Positions 38,181-48,234 are shown, counted from the stretch's first letter. The stretch: 64,000 nucleotides of DNA from Candidatus Limicola stercorigallinarum (GCA_018711625.1 DVID01000001.1:4610-68609), one strand, 5' to 3'. Notes: generated by a model not told the origin, from the sequence alone. Numbers and translations: made by a program.

Positions 38181-39789
38181 AGCGGCCCCTTCCCCGTGTA
38201 GATTGAGCGCGCGTGCGCCCGGTGGACCCATTCGATCCGTAGCGCGCCCGCACAACCGTGTCGCGGCTACGGAGGCGGTCCGCAGCATCATCGTGCATAT
38301 CGACGCGTCCGTATCCGCCACCGCTTCCAAAACCGCCGCGACTGCGGGCAGTAGAGGAACGGCGAGAAGTCTCGGCACTTGTGCGGTCGCGACCCAAGCG
38401 ATCGCGACCCATGCGGCTCGTGCCACCGCGCGGCGGGCGCGTATCTCCCCCGCCGTCCAGTACGGTAAATCCGCGCGAACGCGAGGAGCGCGGCGTTGCC
38501 TCACCCGCCGTGCTTTCGTCGAGCACGGCAAAGTCGTCGCGCCGCACGTCGTAGATGGTGGTGGGGTTGCTCTCGAGCGACACCCTGAGTATCAGGCCCA
38601 TAAGCGCAAGCGAAGCGATCATGGAGGAGCCACCGTAGGAGATGAACGGCAAGGTTTTACCCGTCATGGGCGTAATGGCCAGAATGCCGAGCATATTCAC
38701 CAAGAACTGGAAGGCAATGAGCAGGGCCGAACCCGAGGCTATGAGGCGCCCCTGGATGGAGGGCGATTGCCAGGCGATCTTGAACGCCGCGTAGATCATA
38801 AGCGCAAAGACGGCAAAGAAGATGATGGTGCCCACAAAGCCAACCTCCTCGCCGATGATAGCGAGGATGTAGTCGTTATGCGCCTCGGGCAGATAGTGGT
38901 ATTTCATGGTGGAGTTGCCAATACCGCGACCAAAGAGGCCGCCCGACGCAAACGCCATAATGGCAAGCGTTGCCTGGTACCCGTCGCCATACTGATCTTC
39001 CCAGGGGTCGCCCAGCAGCAGGCGCTCCACGCGGTAGGGCGAGGAGAAAATGAAAATCAGCGCCACCAGGCCGCCCACTAAAAGCACCATAAGCAAAAAC
39101 TTGCGGTTAAAGCCCGCAAAGAAGCACATGGCAAAAACGGTGCCAGCGATGATGAGGCAGGTGCCCATATCGGGCTCCGCGATAATTTCAAGCAGTGGCA
39201 CGACCACGCAGCCGCCCAAAAGCCCCAGGAATTGGGCTGTATTGATGGAGCGCTCCTCGTAGTACTCGAAAAACACCTTGGCCGCCGTGACAACAACCGC
39301 CCACTTGGCAAACTCAGAGGGCTGAAATTGCTGTCCGGCGATGATGATCCAGCGACGGGCGCCACCAACCCTGCGGCCCGCCACCAGCACAAGGAACAGC
39401 AGGAGCACAAAGACGAGCCATACCACCCATATAATGTCTGAGCGCAAAACCGAAAGGGGCATAGCTGCCACAATCGCCATGAGCACAAGGCCTGCAAGGA
39501 TGAACGCAGCCTGCTTCTGAAAATAGTAGACCGAGCTACCGGTTTCCTTCAGCGCTTCAACGGAGGATGCGGAATACACCATGAGCAAGCCGAACAGCAG
39601 CAGCGCGGCAAGGCATACCAAAAACACGATGCGCGGGCGCATCACGCGCGCCGGAACGCCCGCGATGAGTTTCTCTTCCCAAGATGTGCGCTCGCCCGAG
39701 CGACGGGAGCTGCGGCTCAAAGAGTGCCCCTGGGCTGTTTCTGTATTGCTTGCGTCACGCGTACGCCCGAATGCACGCACAAAGATCAC
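38170..39789 (-). CDS. ftsW: FtsW (SEDS) with long R/G/S-rich C-terminal tail
   Basis: GLLMVYSAS, GARRWI, QPSEFAK, EPDMGT, LPEAHNDYI, LPFISYGGSS. Confidence 0.95.
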   Translation of the reverse strand: MIFVRAFGRTRDASNTETAQGHSLSRSSRRSGERTSWEEKLIAGVPARVMRPRIVFLVCLAALLLFGLLMVYSASSVEALKETGSSVYYFQKQAAFILAGLVLMAIVAAMPLSVLRSDIIWVVWLVFVLLLFLVLVAGRRVGGARRWIIIAGQQFQPSEFAKWAVVVTAAKVFFEYYEERSINTAQFLGLLGGCVVVPLLEIIAEPDMGTCLIIAGTVFAMCFFAGFNRKFLLMVLLVGGLVALIFIFSSPYRVERLLLGDPWEDQYGDGYQATLAIMAFASGGLFGRGIGNSTMKYHYLPEAHNDYILAIIGEEVGFVGTIIFFAVFALMIYAAFKIAWQSPSIQGRLIASGSALLIAFQFLVNMLGILAITPMTGKTLPFISYGGSSMIASLALMGLILRVSLESNPTTIYDVRRDDFAVLDESTAGEATPRSSRSRGFTVLDGGGDTRPPRGGTSRMGRDRLGRDRTSAETSRRSSTARSRGGFGSGGGYGRVDMHDDAADRLRSRDTVVRARYGSNGSTGRTRAQSTRGRGRYDR

Positions 39790-39837
39790 CGCCTACTCTA
39801 CAAACTGGCTGCCATCGCTCAAAGGTAGTACGCCTGC

Positions 39838-41250
39838 CTAGCGGGCCTCATCTTCCTTAGCCGAACGAAGCTCGTTGAGGTACGCCTTGAACACGCGACC
39901 GCGCTCCTCAAAGCCTGAGAACTCATCAAAGCTCGCGCACGCGGGAGAAAGCAGCACCACGTCACCACGCTCGGCCAGGTTGCGCGCCACATTAAGCGCA
40001 TCGCGCAGGTTCTCGGCAGAAGCGATGTTCAGGCTGTGCATGGCATCCGCCTCAACAAAGGTTTGCAAAAAGCGCTCGCGCGCCGCCCCAAAGCAGACCA
40101 CGGCCTCAACCGACGAGGCGCACACCCGCGCCGCGAAGTCCTCCAGCGGCGTACCCTTGTCGCTTCCGCCCAGAAGCAGCACCACCCGATCGTTAGGAAA
40201 GGCGGTAAGCGCTTTTTCCACCGCATCGGTATTCGTGGCCTTGGAATCGTTGTAGAAGCGCACGCCATCCACCGTGCCGCAAGGCTCAATGCGGTGCTCA
40301 AGCGCCGTAAAATCCTTAAGACCGCGGCGCACCGCAGAGGCGGGAACGCCCACAAAGAGCGCCGCCGAGGCTGCGGCGAGAGCGTTCATCATGTTGTGCT
40401 TGCCGGCGAGCGCCATCTCGTCCTCACGCACAAGCTTGCACTCCTCGCCCGCCAGACGCACCACGAGTGCGCCCTCGCGCATAAAGGCAGCGTCGGCGCT
40501 ACCCGTATCCTCCGCAGAAAGCGCAAGCACACGGCGGCCGGGAGCCACAATATGATCGAGCACGGCGCGCACGCCCTCGTCATCCACATCCACAATGGCA
40601 AGGTCACCCGCGTCGAGGTTACGGAACAAGCGGCATTTGGCGAGCGCATAGCGCTCATGCGAGGTGTGCCATGCCAGATGGTCGGGCGTGATATTAAGCA
40701 GGATCGCCACATGCGGGTGAAGATACTCGGTGGTGGCAAGCTGGTAGCTCGAAAGCTCGGCTACAAACCAGCTGGAATCCGTGCGGTCGTCTACGCGCGA
40801 GATGGCCGTGTCACCAATATTCCCCACGGCATACGCACCCATGCCTGCCACCGAGAGCAGATGATGCGTAAGCGCCGTCGTGGTGGTTTTGCCGTTGGTG
40901 CCCGTGATGCCAATCCAGCGCTCGGGCGAGAGGCGGAAGGCAAACTCCGGCTCACCCATAATCTGGGTGCTATGTTCGCGGGCGGAGGCAAAAAAGGCAG
41001 AGAACTCAGAGATGCCCGGGCTTGCCACGCATACATCAAAGGAGCCCTCAACCTCCTCCGTACCCAGCACCACGTTAACACCCGCCGCCTCAAGAGCACG
41101 CGTATCCTCGCAAGGCGTGGCCTTGGCACCACCATAGAGCGTGATGGAGGTCACGCGTTCAGGCATATGGGCGCAGGCCCAGCGGCACACGTCGAGCCCC
41201 GTAGCACCCTGGCCCAGCACAAGCAGACAAAACTGTTCAGGAAGATACAT
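39838..41250 (-). CDS. murD: UDP-MurNAc-L-Ala--D-glutamate ligase
   Basis: ITGTNGKTTTT, ELSSYQL, LNITPDHL, NDSKATN, LLSPACASFDEF. Confidence 0.96.
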   Translation of the reverse strand: MYLPEQFCLLVLGQGATGLDVCRWACAHMPERVTSITLYGGAKATPCEDTRALEAAGVNVVLGTEEVEGSFDVCVASPGISEFSAFFASAREHSTQIMGEPEFAFRLSPERWIGITGTNGKTTTTALTHHLLSVAGMGAYAVGNIGDTAISRVDDRTDSSWFVAELSSYQLATTEYLHPHVAILLNITPDHLAWHTSHERYALAKCRLFRNLDAGDLAIVDVDDEGVRAVLDHIVAPGRRVLALSAEDTGSADAAFMREGALVVRLAGEECKLVREDEMALAGKHNMMNALAAASAALFVGVPASAVRRGLKDFTALEHRIEPCGTVDGVRFYNDSKATNTDAVEKALTAFPNDRVVLLLGGSDKGTPLEDFAARVCASSVEAVVCFGAARERFLQTFVEADAMHSLNIASAENLRDALNVARNLAERGDVVLLSPACASFDEFSGFEERGRVFKAYLNELRSAKEDEAR

Positions 41251-41259
41251 GAAAGATCA

Positions 41260-42291
41260 CTATCCCAGCTGGAAAAAGAAGGCAAGGCCCAGGGCACCAA
41301 AGGCAGCCGCGATGATCCAGAAGCGAATGACCACCTTTGTCTCGGCCCAGCCCATCTTCTCAAAATGATGATGAATAGGCGCCATCAAAAAGACGCGCTT
41401 GCCGGTGGCCTTGAAGCTCACCACCTGGATCATGACGGAGAGCGCCTCGCAGATAAAAAGACCGCCCACAATGAGTGAGGCCACCTCGGTGTTAGTCATA
41501 ATCGCCAGGCAGGCGAAGGCCGTGCCCAGGGCAAGCGAGCCGGTGTCGCCCATAAAAATGCTCGCCGGGTAGCAGTTGAACCACAAAAAGCCCAGGCAAG
41601 CGCCTGCACAAGCCGTAGCGAACACCACCAGGTTGGCATCGCCATGCAAAAAGGCGATGGCGCCCATGATGAGCATGGCGATCATGGACGTGCCACCAGC
41701 AAGGCCGTCAAGACCATCGGTGAGGTTGACCGCGTTGGACATGCCCGCAATGAGCAACCACGTAAAGATGACGTAGAGCCACGGGATAACAAAGGTCTCG
41801 CCACCAAGGTTGAGCGTGGTGGAGAGCACGCCAAGGTCAATGGCAAACCCACCCGGGAAAAGGACCACCGGCACCACGCCACACCAGTTAACCGCCAAGA
41901 GGCAGAAGGTGACGCAGATGAGCGTGAGGCCGATCATCTTGGCGTGGGGCGTGAGACCAAGCGAGCGGCCATGCGTGACCGATGTGGCATCGTCGATAAG
42001 GCCCAGCACGCCGGTAGCAAGGGTTGCAAGCAGTACCAGGAGCATCTCGGTAGTGAGTTTGCCCATAAGCAGGCAGGTGATGGTGACCGAGATGAGAATC
42101 ACCACGCCTCCCATGGTGGGAGTACCCTGCTTCACCAAATGGCGCTGAGGGCCATCGGCACGCACCTGCTGGCCAATTCCTTCAACCTTGAGCAAGCGAA
42201 TCCAGAACGGCATGAGAATGGCTGCAATCACCGCTGCCACGCCGAGTGACAAAAAGGCTTGATAGGTGGGATAGGCGCTATTTCCGAACAT
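41260..42291 (-). CDS. mraY: Phospho-N-acetylmuramoyl-pentapeptide transferase
   Basis: KQGTPTMGG, GLIDD, NAVNLTDGLDGLA, IFMGDTGSLALG, MAPIHHHFE. Confidence 0.97.
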   Translation of the reverse strand: MFGNSAYPTYQAFLSLGVAAVIAAILMPFWIRLLKVEGIGQQVRADGPQRHLVKQGTPTMGGVVILISVTITCLLMGKLTTEMLLVLLATLATGVLGLIDDATSVTHGRSLGLTPHAKMIGLTLICVTFCLLAVNWCGVVPVVLFPGGFAIDLGVLSTTLNLGGETFVIPWLYVIFTWLLIAGMSNAVNLTDGLDGLAGGTSMIAMLIMGAIAFLHGDANLVVFATACAGACLGFLWFNCYPASIFMGDTGSLALGTAFACLAIMTNTEVASLIVGGLFICEALSVMIQVVSFKATGKRVFLMAPIHHHFEKMGWAETKVVIRFWIIAAAFGALGLAFFFQLG

Positions 42292-43729
42292 CGGCGCACA
42301 CCCCCTCAACAAAGCGATCGAGCCCCACAAAGCGCGAGCCCTTCACGAGCACCAGGTCGGTGGGAGCAAGCACACTCCCCCAGCGCGCAAGGGCCTGCTC
42401 GGTGGTTGCCATATGCGAGATGTTCTGCTCGGGCATGCCCATGAGCTTTGCAGCGCGCGCCATCTCGGCCGCACCGTCTCCGCCTACGCACACCATAAGG
42501 TCGAGCTTCTTGGCGGCTGCGTAGGCACCCACCAATGCGTGCAGGCGAGCGGCATCGTCGCCAAGCTCGCCAATCTCGCCCAGGATGGCAATGCGGGAGC
42601 CGGCACAATCAAGCCGTGTGAGCAAATCGAGCGCGGCTGCCATCGACTCGGGGCTTGCGTTATACGAGTCGTCGATCACCGTGGCGCCCGAAGTGGCGTG
42701 GCGCAGCTCCTGGCGGCGCCCCGTGATGGCAAGCTTATGGAACACCTGGTCAATCTCGTACTGGGCGATGCCCATACGGCTGGCGATAGCCGCAGCGTAC
42801 AGGGCATTTTGCACCGATTGAGCGCCCGGAATGGAAAGGCCCGTGTGGTACTGCGAGCCGTTCTCAAGCGTGATGTCAAACTCGGGGCACCCGTCGGCAC
42901 CCACCTCAATATTGCGTGCGCACACGTCGTCATCTTCCGAGGTGCCCGCAAGAAGCACGTCCACACCTGCGGGACGCGCGAACGTGTCAATGATGAAGGG
43001 GGTGTAATCGTCCTCGCCGCCCAGCACAAGCACCGAATGGCGACCCTCGAAGTTCTCGGCCGACGGCGGCATACCCACCAGAATCTCGGCCTTAGCACGG
43101 GCGATGTTTTCACGGCTGCCGAGCATGCCAATGTGCGAGGTGCCAATCTTGGTGATCACGCTATAGGTGGGTTGCGCGCACTTTGAAAGACGCTCAATCT
43201 CGCCAAACGAGTTCATGCCCATCTCCAGCACGAGCACCTGCGTGTCTTTGGGAGCAGACAGGATGGTGAGCGGCATGCCGATGAGGTTGTTGTAGTTGCC
43301 CTGCGTGGCGTGCACGCGATAGCGCACCGAGAGCAACTCGGTCAAGATGTCTTTGGTTGTGGTTTTGCCAATGGAGCCCGTGATGCCCACCACCGTGCAG
43401 TGCATACGCGAGCGATACCCCTGCGCCAGATCGAGCAAGAACTGCTCAGCGTCTGCGGTAACAAAAACGGCGCATTCGTGGTCGTCGGCCAGACGGATAA
43501 GCTTGCGCGAGGGCTCCTTGGTAAGAATCACCGCGGCAGCACCCGCCTCAATGGCCTGCGGGGCAAACTCGTTGCCATCAACCCGCTCGCCTGAGAAGGC
43601 TACAAAGATGTTATCGGCCTCAACCAGGCGCGAGTCGATAACGCATCCACGGCACATGCGGTTCGCATTGCCCGTATAGGGCTGGGCGCCGGTAACCCGT
43701 TCAATATATTTCACTGCAATCTCTATCAT
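42278..43729 (-). CDS. murF: UDP-MurNAc-tripeptide--D-Ala-D-Ala ligase
   Basis: ITGSIGKTTTK, NYNNLIGMPLT, LEMGMN, IDDSYNASPES, LVKGSR. Confidence 0.95.
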   Translation of the reverse strand: MIEIAVKYIERVTGAQPYTGNANRMCRGCVIDSRLVEADNIFVAFSGERVDGNEFAPQAIEAGAAAVILTKEPSRKLIRLADDHECAVFVTADAEQFLLDLAQGYRSRMHCTVVGITGSIGKTTTKDILTELLSVRYRVHATQGNYNNLIGMPLTILSAPKDTQVLVLEMGMNSFGEIERLSKCAQPTYSVITKIGTSHIGMLGSRENIARAKAEILVGMPPSAENFEGRHSVLVLGGEDDYTPFIIDTFARPAGVDVLLAGTSEDDDVCARNIEVGADGCPEFDITLENGSQYHTGLSIPGAQSVQNALYAAAIASRMGIAQYEIDQVFHKLAITGRRQELRHATSGATVIDDSYNASPESMAAALDLLTRLDCAGSRIAILGEIGELGDDAARLHALVGAYAAAKKLDLMVCVGGDGAAEMARAAKLMGMPEQNISHMATTEQALARWGSVLAPTDLVLVKGSRFVGLDRFVEGVCADVRK

Positions 43730-43847
43730 GCAGGACTCCTTACCACCTCGACTGCAGCAGTTCATTGTATCGTAGCCTACGCATGCTCGCCCTCAGCCCT
43801 TGTAAACATCAAACCACACGTTGTGTCTCAGAACATCAGATGAATGT

Positions 43848-45716
43848 TTAGCGCGTAGGCCGTATGCCGAGCGTGGTGAGCGCACTCGACATAATGGTTC
43901 TAAATGGAATCGCCGCCGCGTCCGAGCCGCTCGGCGTGCCGTCGAGGGTGATGTAGACCGCAGCCGCGGGCGCCGACGCTGGAGCAAAGCCCAAGAATGA
44001 CGACATGTAGTTATTTGCCAGATAGCCGCCCGATTCGCTCGCGCGTTCCGCCGTACCGGTCTTGCCCGCTACGTCGTAACCCGCAACCTGGCCACCCTTA
44101 CCCGTGCCCTCATCCACAACGGTAATCATCATAGACTTCACCTGCTCAGCGGCGTCTTCGCTAATCACGCGCACCTCACCGTCCGACCAATCGGCCTCCA
44201 CACCTTTGCTCGATTTCAAGAAGTGCGGCGTTTCGCACACGCCTTTGTTTGCCATGGCACACACCGCGCGCATGACCTCGATAGGAGCAACGGCAATACC
44301 TTGGCCAAAGGACATAGAACCCAAGCTCGAACCGTCGTACTCTGAGCGCTCTCGCACAATGCCCGTGGATTCACCCGGGAAGTCGATGCCCGACTTATGC
44401 CCGATGCCGTAGGTATCCAGGTATTCCGCAAAACGATCGGCGCCGATCTTCTCGCCCACCAGCACCATGCCGGTGTTAGACGAACGGCGCATAATCTCGC
44501 GCAGGTCCATCGTCATGCCGTAATCGCGCTTGTCGGCGTCACTCACCCAGTCATCGCCCACCTGCACCTGGGCCGGCACCTGGAAGGTAGTGTCGGTGGT
44601 CACCAGACCAAGGTCGATAGCCATGCCCGCCACCAGCGTTTTGAATACGGAACCAGGCTCGTAGGCATCAGTCACCGAACGCAGATTCATATCAGCCGCA
44701 TTGGTGTTGGCCAAATCTAGCTGGTTGTAGGTGGGGCACGAGCACGCCGCAAGGATTTCGCCCGTAGCGGGATCGGTTACCAGAGCCGAGCCGTAATGGG
44801 CAGAGGTCTGTTCAACCGAGATGGCAAGCGCCTCCTCGGCCACGCGCTGAATATTGATGTCAAGCGTGAGCACAATGTCGGTGCCATCCTGAGCAGGCAC
44901 CTTTTCGTAGGCGCCGCCCGCAATATAGGAACCATCACGGGCGCGCTCACGCATAATGGAGCCGTTAACGCCCATAAGCACCTCGTTGTACTCTTTCTCC
45001 AGGCCCGAAAGACCTTCGTTGTCGATATTCACCACACCAAGCACCTGAGAGGCCAGGTTGCCATACGGGTACACGCGCTTGATGGCTGGCTCAAAGCCGA
45101 TGCCTGCAATCTCAAGCTCCTGCAGCTCGGTGGCAACCTCTTCGTCTACCTGGCGTTTGATATAGGCAAAGGAGGTGTCGCGCTCAACCTTTTCGCGGCA
45201 CTCCTCCTCGTCCACGCCCAAAAGGCGCACAAGCGCTTCCACCGCATCGTCCTTCTCTGTCACGAGCTGTGGATTTACGTATACGTTTTGGCACTCAACG
45301 CTCGACGCGAGCACGTTGCCGTTGCGGTCGTAGATAGTACCGCGCTTAGCGTAGAGCGTCTGGCTGGTCAGCCGGCGCTGATCGGCGCGGCGGCGATATT
45401 CACCCGCATTGATAATCTGGTAATCCGCGAGACGCGCAACGCCCACGGCGCCGGCAACGCCCAGCACGCCTAAGGCAAACGTGCGGCGTGAGATACCCTC
45501 GTGCTCCATATCGCTATGGAAGAGATCGTTTTGAGGCGCATCGGAGCGATACCCGCCGTAGCGCGACGAGCCACGGGAGCCATATGAGGATGCTCCTGAG
45601 CGCATATCGCGCCCACGCGGGGCGCGATACGAGTTTCGTCCATTTGATTGGGAACCAGAGCGACCTGTACCGCCCCTACCGCGGCGGTCGGACCCTCTAT
45701 ATCCATCATGGGGCAT
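43848..45716 (-). CDS. ftsI: Class B PBP (FtsI/PBP3-like) with RG/Y-rich N-terminal tail
   Basis: RGTIYDRNG, YEPGSVFK (SxxK), SSN, AGKTGT. Confidence 0.93.
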   Translation of the reverse strand: MPHDGYRGSDRRGRGGTGRSGSQSNGRNSYRAPRGRDMRSGASSYGSRGSSRYGGYRSDAPQNDLFHSDMEHEGISRRTFALGVLGVAGAVGVARLADYQIINAGEYRRRADQRRLTSQTLYAKRGTIYDRNGNVLASSVECQNVYVNPQLVTEKDDAVEALVRLLGVDEEECREKVERDTSFAYIKRQVDEEVATELQELEIAGIGFEPAIKRVYPYGNLASQVLGVVNIDNEGLSGLEKEYNEVLMGVNGSIMRERARDGSYIAGGAYEKVPAQDGTDIVLTLDINIQRVAEEALAISVEQTSAHYGSALVTDPATGEILAACSCPTYNQLDLANTNAADMNLRSVTDAYEPGSVFKTLVAGMAIDLGLVTTDTTFQVPAQVQVGDDWVSDADKRDYGMTMDLREIMRRSSNTGMVLVGEKIGADRFAEYLDTYGIGHKSGIDFPGESTGIVRERSEYDGSSLGSMSFGQGIAVAPIEVMRAVCAMANKGVCETPHFLKSSKGVEADWSDGEVRVISEDAAEQVKSMMITVVDEGTGKGGQVAGYDVAGKTGTAERASESGGYLANNYMSSFLGFAPASAPAAAVYITLDGTPSGSDAAAIPFRTIMSSALTTLGIRPTR

Positions 45717-45732
45717 GAGGACATCCTACCTA

Positions 45733-46212
45733 TTACTGAGCCGCATCGGTGCTTGCGGCGCCAGATGCCGGCGTGCTCACGTCGAGCGTGACCGTCTCGG
45801 AGGGTTCAACCATGCCGAGCGTGCTGGTAGCGAGGTCGCGAATGCGCGTATCGGCACCATAGACCGAACGCATGACCTCGAGGTTCTTCGACGTGTCCTG
45901 AGCGCTTTCGAGGGAGGCTGTGGTGGTGGCAGAGGCGTTCAGGGCAGCCGCGGTGGCGCTTGCGATGGTTACACGCGCGACACCGATGGCAAACACCAGG
46001 GCAACAAGCACGCAAAAGACCTTGACCACGTGCGTGAACATGGGGCTCACAATCTGGTTGGTCTCGCGGCCGGCGCCGGTGTAGACATCAAAATGCGGGC
46101 GTTCCCCGGTTTGCGGCGCGCGCGGTGCCGCTACCGGGGATCCCGGTGCATATGCGGCATGCATGTCATAGGCGATAGCTGCGTTTGAGGTGTGGATACC
46201 CATGATATGCAT
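45733..46212 (-). CDS. ftsL: FtsL-like cell division protein
   Basis: Single TM helix plus coiled coil (RIRDLATSTLGMV) between rsmH and ftsI. Confidence 0.7.
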   Translation of the reverse strand: MHIMGIHTSNAAIAYDMHAAYAPGSPVAAPRAPQTGERPHFDVYTGAGRETNQIVSPMFTHVVKVFCVLVALVFAIGVARVTIASATAAALNASATTTASLESAQDTSKNLEVMRSVYGADTRIRDLATSTLGMVEPSETVTLDVSTPASGAASTDAAQ

Positions 46213-46283
46213 GCCTCCCCATCCTGCGGATGTTTGCTACGGTTCTGCTGCGTTTATGCGGGATGAGGCCTCGATACGTCACT

Positions 46284-47261
46284 TCATGGTTCAAGCCGTT
46301 CGGCGACGCGAATCTTGGCTGATCTCGCCCGCGGGTTGCGCTCAACCTCATCGGCGCGCGCAACAAGCGGTTTTCGGGTGATGACCTTGAGTATCGGCAC
46401 GTTACCGCACACGCACACCGGAAGATCCGGCGGGCAGGTGCATCCCTTGCTGTCCTCCTGGAAGCGGTGCTTTACGATGCGATCTTCAAGCGAGTGGTAC
46501 GAGATGACGCACAGGCGCCCTCCCGGATTGAGCCAGCGCACTGCCGCCTCTAGTCCCCGCTCAAGCACATCGAGCTCGTGATTGACCTCGATGCGAATCG
46601 CCTGGAACGTCTTGCGCGCCGGATGATGGCCGTGACGCCGTGCCGCGGCGGGGATCGCCGCTTTGATGACGTCTACCAACTCACCAGTGGTGCGCAGTGG
46701 CTCCTGACTCCTGCGGCGGCAGATTTCGCGCGCGATCTGGCTCGCGAATTTCTCCTCGCCGTAGACGCGAAGAATCCGGGTGAGGTCGGCTTCGGTGTAG
46801 GTGTTGATGACCTCAGCTGCGTTTAAGGGATTGTTCCCCGGATCCATCCGCATATCGAGGGGGGCATCTTCGTTGTAGGAGAAGCCCCTGCCAGGAATAT
46901 CCAACTGCGGACTTGAGACACCCAAGTCGAACAGGAAACCATCGACACCGGGCACCTCGGCCGCGCAGAGCAGCCGATCAAGGTCTCCGAAGTTGCCCTT
47001 CAGAAGCCTGTGCGGGGTACCTGGCGCCTCGCGATCGAGCCGCTTGCTCGCGGCGTTGAGCGCCATATCATCCTGATCGATACCAATGAGCAGGCCGGTG
47101 CTGCCGATGGCCTGCGCCATAGCTGCTGAGTGTCCAGCTCCGCCAAGCGTGCAATCGCACACGACGGCGCCTTCGTGAAGCTCGAGTGAATCGAGCACTT
47201 CCTGGAGCATGACGGGTTCATGCCGATATTCTGGTGTCAAACTTCCCTCTCCCATACGCAT
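46284..47261 (-). CDS. rsmH: 16S rRNA m4C1402 methyltransferase
   Basis: HEPVML, DCTLGGAGHS, FDLGVSSPQLD, PLDMRM, FQAIRIEVN, ISYHSLEDR, NPRARSAK. Confidence 0.97.
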   Translation of the reverse strand: MRMGEGSLTPEYRHEPVMLQEVLDSLELHEGAVVCDCTLGGAGHSAAMAQAIGSTGLLIGIDQDDMALNAASKRLDREAPGTPHRLLKGNFGDLDRLLCAAEVPGVDGFLFDLGVSSPQLDIPGRGFSYNEDAPLDMRMDPGNNPLNAAEVINTYTEADLTRILRVYGEEKFASQIAREICRRRSQEPLRTTGELVDVIKAAIPAAARRHGHHPARKTFQAIRIEVNHELDVLERGLEAAVRWLNPGGRLCVISYHSLEDRIVKHRFQEDSKGCTCPPDLPVCVCGNVPILKVITRKPLVARADEVERNPRARSAKIRVAERLEP

Positions 47262-47282
47262 CTCCCTACCAGGCCGCTTTGA

Positions 47283-47720
47283 CTAGTTGCCAAAGAAGTC
47301 GGCAAGGACGTCCGTCATGGCAGACTTGCGTGCCTCGTGCGTCGCACGATCCCAAACCTCAAGGTGATCGTCGTTGCCAACGATACGAACCTCGCGGTCG
47401 AGATGCGCCTTCGCGCGATCGGCCTCAGGGAGGCTGATGCGGGCGGCGGAGTCTATTTCAAGTGTGGTTGCCGCACCGTTCAGCGCCTCTTTGACCATGC
47501 GATGCTGAGGGTTGGTGGGGTCGTACCCACCCTTGGCCTCAAACACCGACGCAAGCCAAGCCTTGAACGTGTCCTCGGTGAACACGTACAGGGCGTCGAC
47601 TTCCTTTTCAGGAGCAGGGAGCACACGTACTTGATCGTCGAGCTGCTTACGGAAGGCAGGCGGCAAGGAGAGACGGCCCTTGGCATCGAGATTTCGATCA
47701 TAAGAACCGGTCAAATACAC
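47283..47720 (-). CDS. mraZ: Transcriptional regulator MraZ
   Basis: LDAKGRLSLP and IDSAARISLP repeats, VGNDDHLEVWD. Confidence 0.92.
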   Translation of the reverse strand: MYLTGSYDRNLDAKGRLSLPPAFRKQLDDQVRVLPAPEKEVDALYVFTEDTFKAWLASVFEAKGGYDPTNPQHRMVKEALNGAATTLEIDSAARISLPEADRAKAHLDREVRIVGNDDHLEVWDRATHEARKSAMTDVLADFFGN

Positions 47721-47800
47721 CGCTGCACCCCCTTAGGCTTCTCTCAGGGAACGTACGGGAGCCACCCCGCTGTCGACGCTTTTCATTCTATGGTCGCGCT

Positions 47801-47860
47801 CCCCCAATCGCAACACTTTTTCCCACTTTCTCCCCCAACGGGCCACACCTTCCCCCAAAC
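47801..47860 (-). promoter_or_regulatory. MraZ-binding boxes: six (G/T)GGGG/GTGG-type motifs at 10-bp period upstream of mraZ
   Basis: Plus-strand decamers cccccaatcg, caacactttt, tcccactttc, tcccccaacg, ggccacacct, tcccccaaac; matches the known 10-bp-spaced GTGG repeats of mra promoters. Confidence 0.7.
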
Positions 47861-48065
47861 GTTGAAGCAACTTCCACGGGGCAGCTGAAGGGCTGCCACA
47901 AGATATGGTGTTCGCGGCGCAAAAACGCCACCACCTGTCGAAATGAGGCGGGATTTGGTCACCTTCAAGTTGAACTTGAACCGATTTTGAGAGGCGCTGC
48001 CGCAGTTGTGACGAAATAAAGAACCTGCAGGTCAGCGCGGTGGGAACCAGTGGGAAGGGTCAGGT

Positions 48066-48234
48066 GGGTCAGTTGGGGACGTGTTCCATTCGACCCATTC
48101 GGATACTCAAGCGCGTGGGTGCGCCGCCAGGTCAGATGGGGACGTGTTCCATTCAACCCATTCCATTCGGGGTCAGTTGGGGACGTGTTCCATTCGACCC
48201 ATTCGGATACTCAAGCGCGTGGGTGCGCCGCCAG
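48066..48234. repeat. 65-bp direct repeat (48066-48130 and 48170-48234) including the last 24 bp of xerD, with a degenerate third partial copy between them
   Basis: gggtcagttggggacgtgttccattcgacccattcggatactcaagcgcgtgggtgcgccgccag occurs twice; the middle copy is ggtcagatggggacgtgttccattcaacccattc. Confidence 0.9.

Noticed and set aside
48066-48234. CRISPR array
   Set aside because: Only 2-3 copies, the intervening sequence is itself repeat-derived rather than unique spacers, the repeat includes xerD coding sequence, and no cas genes are present.
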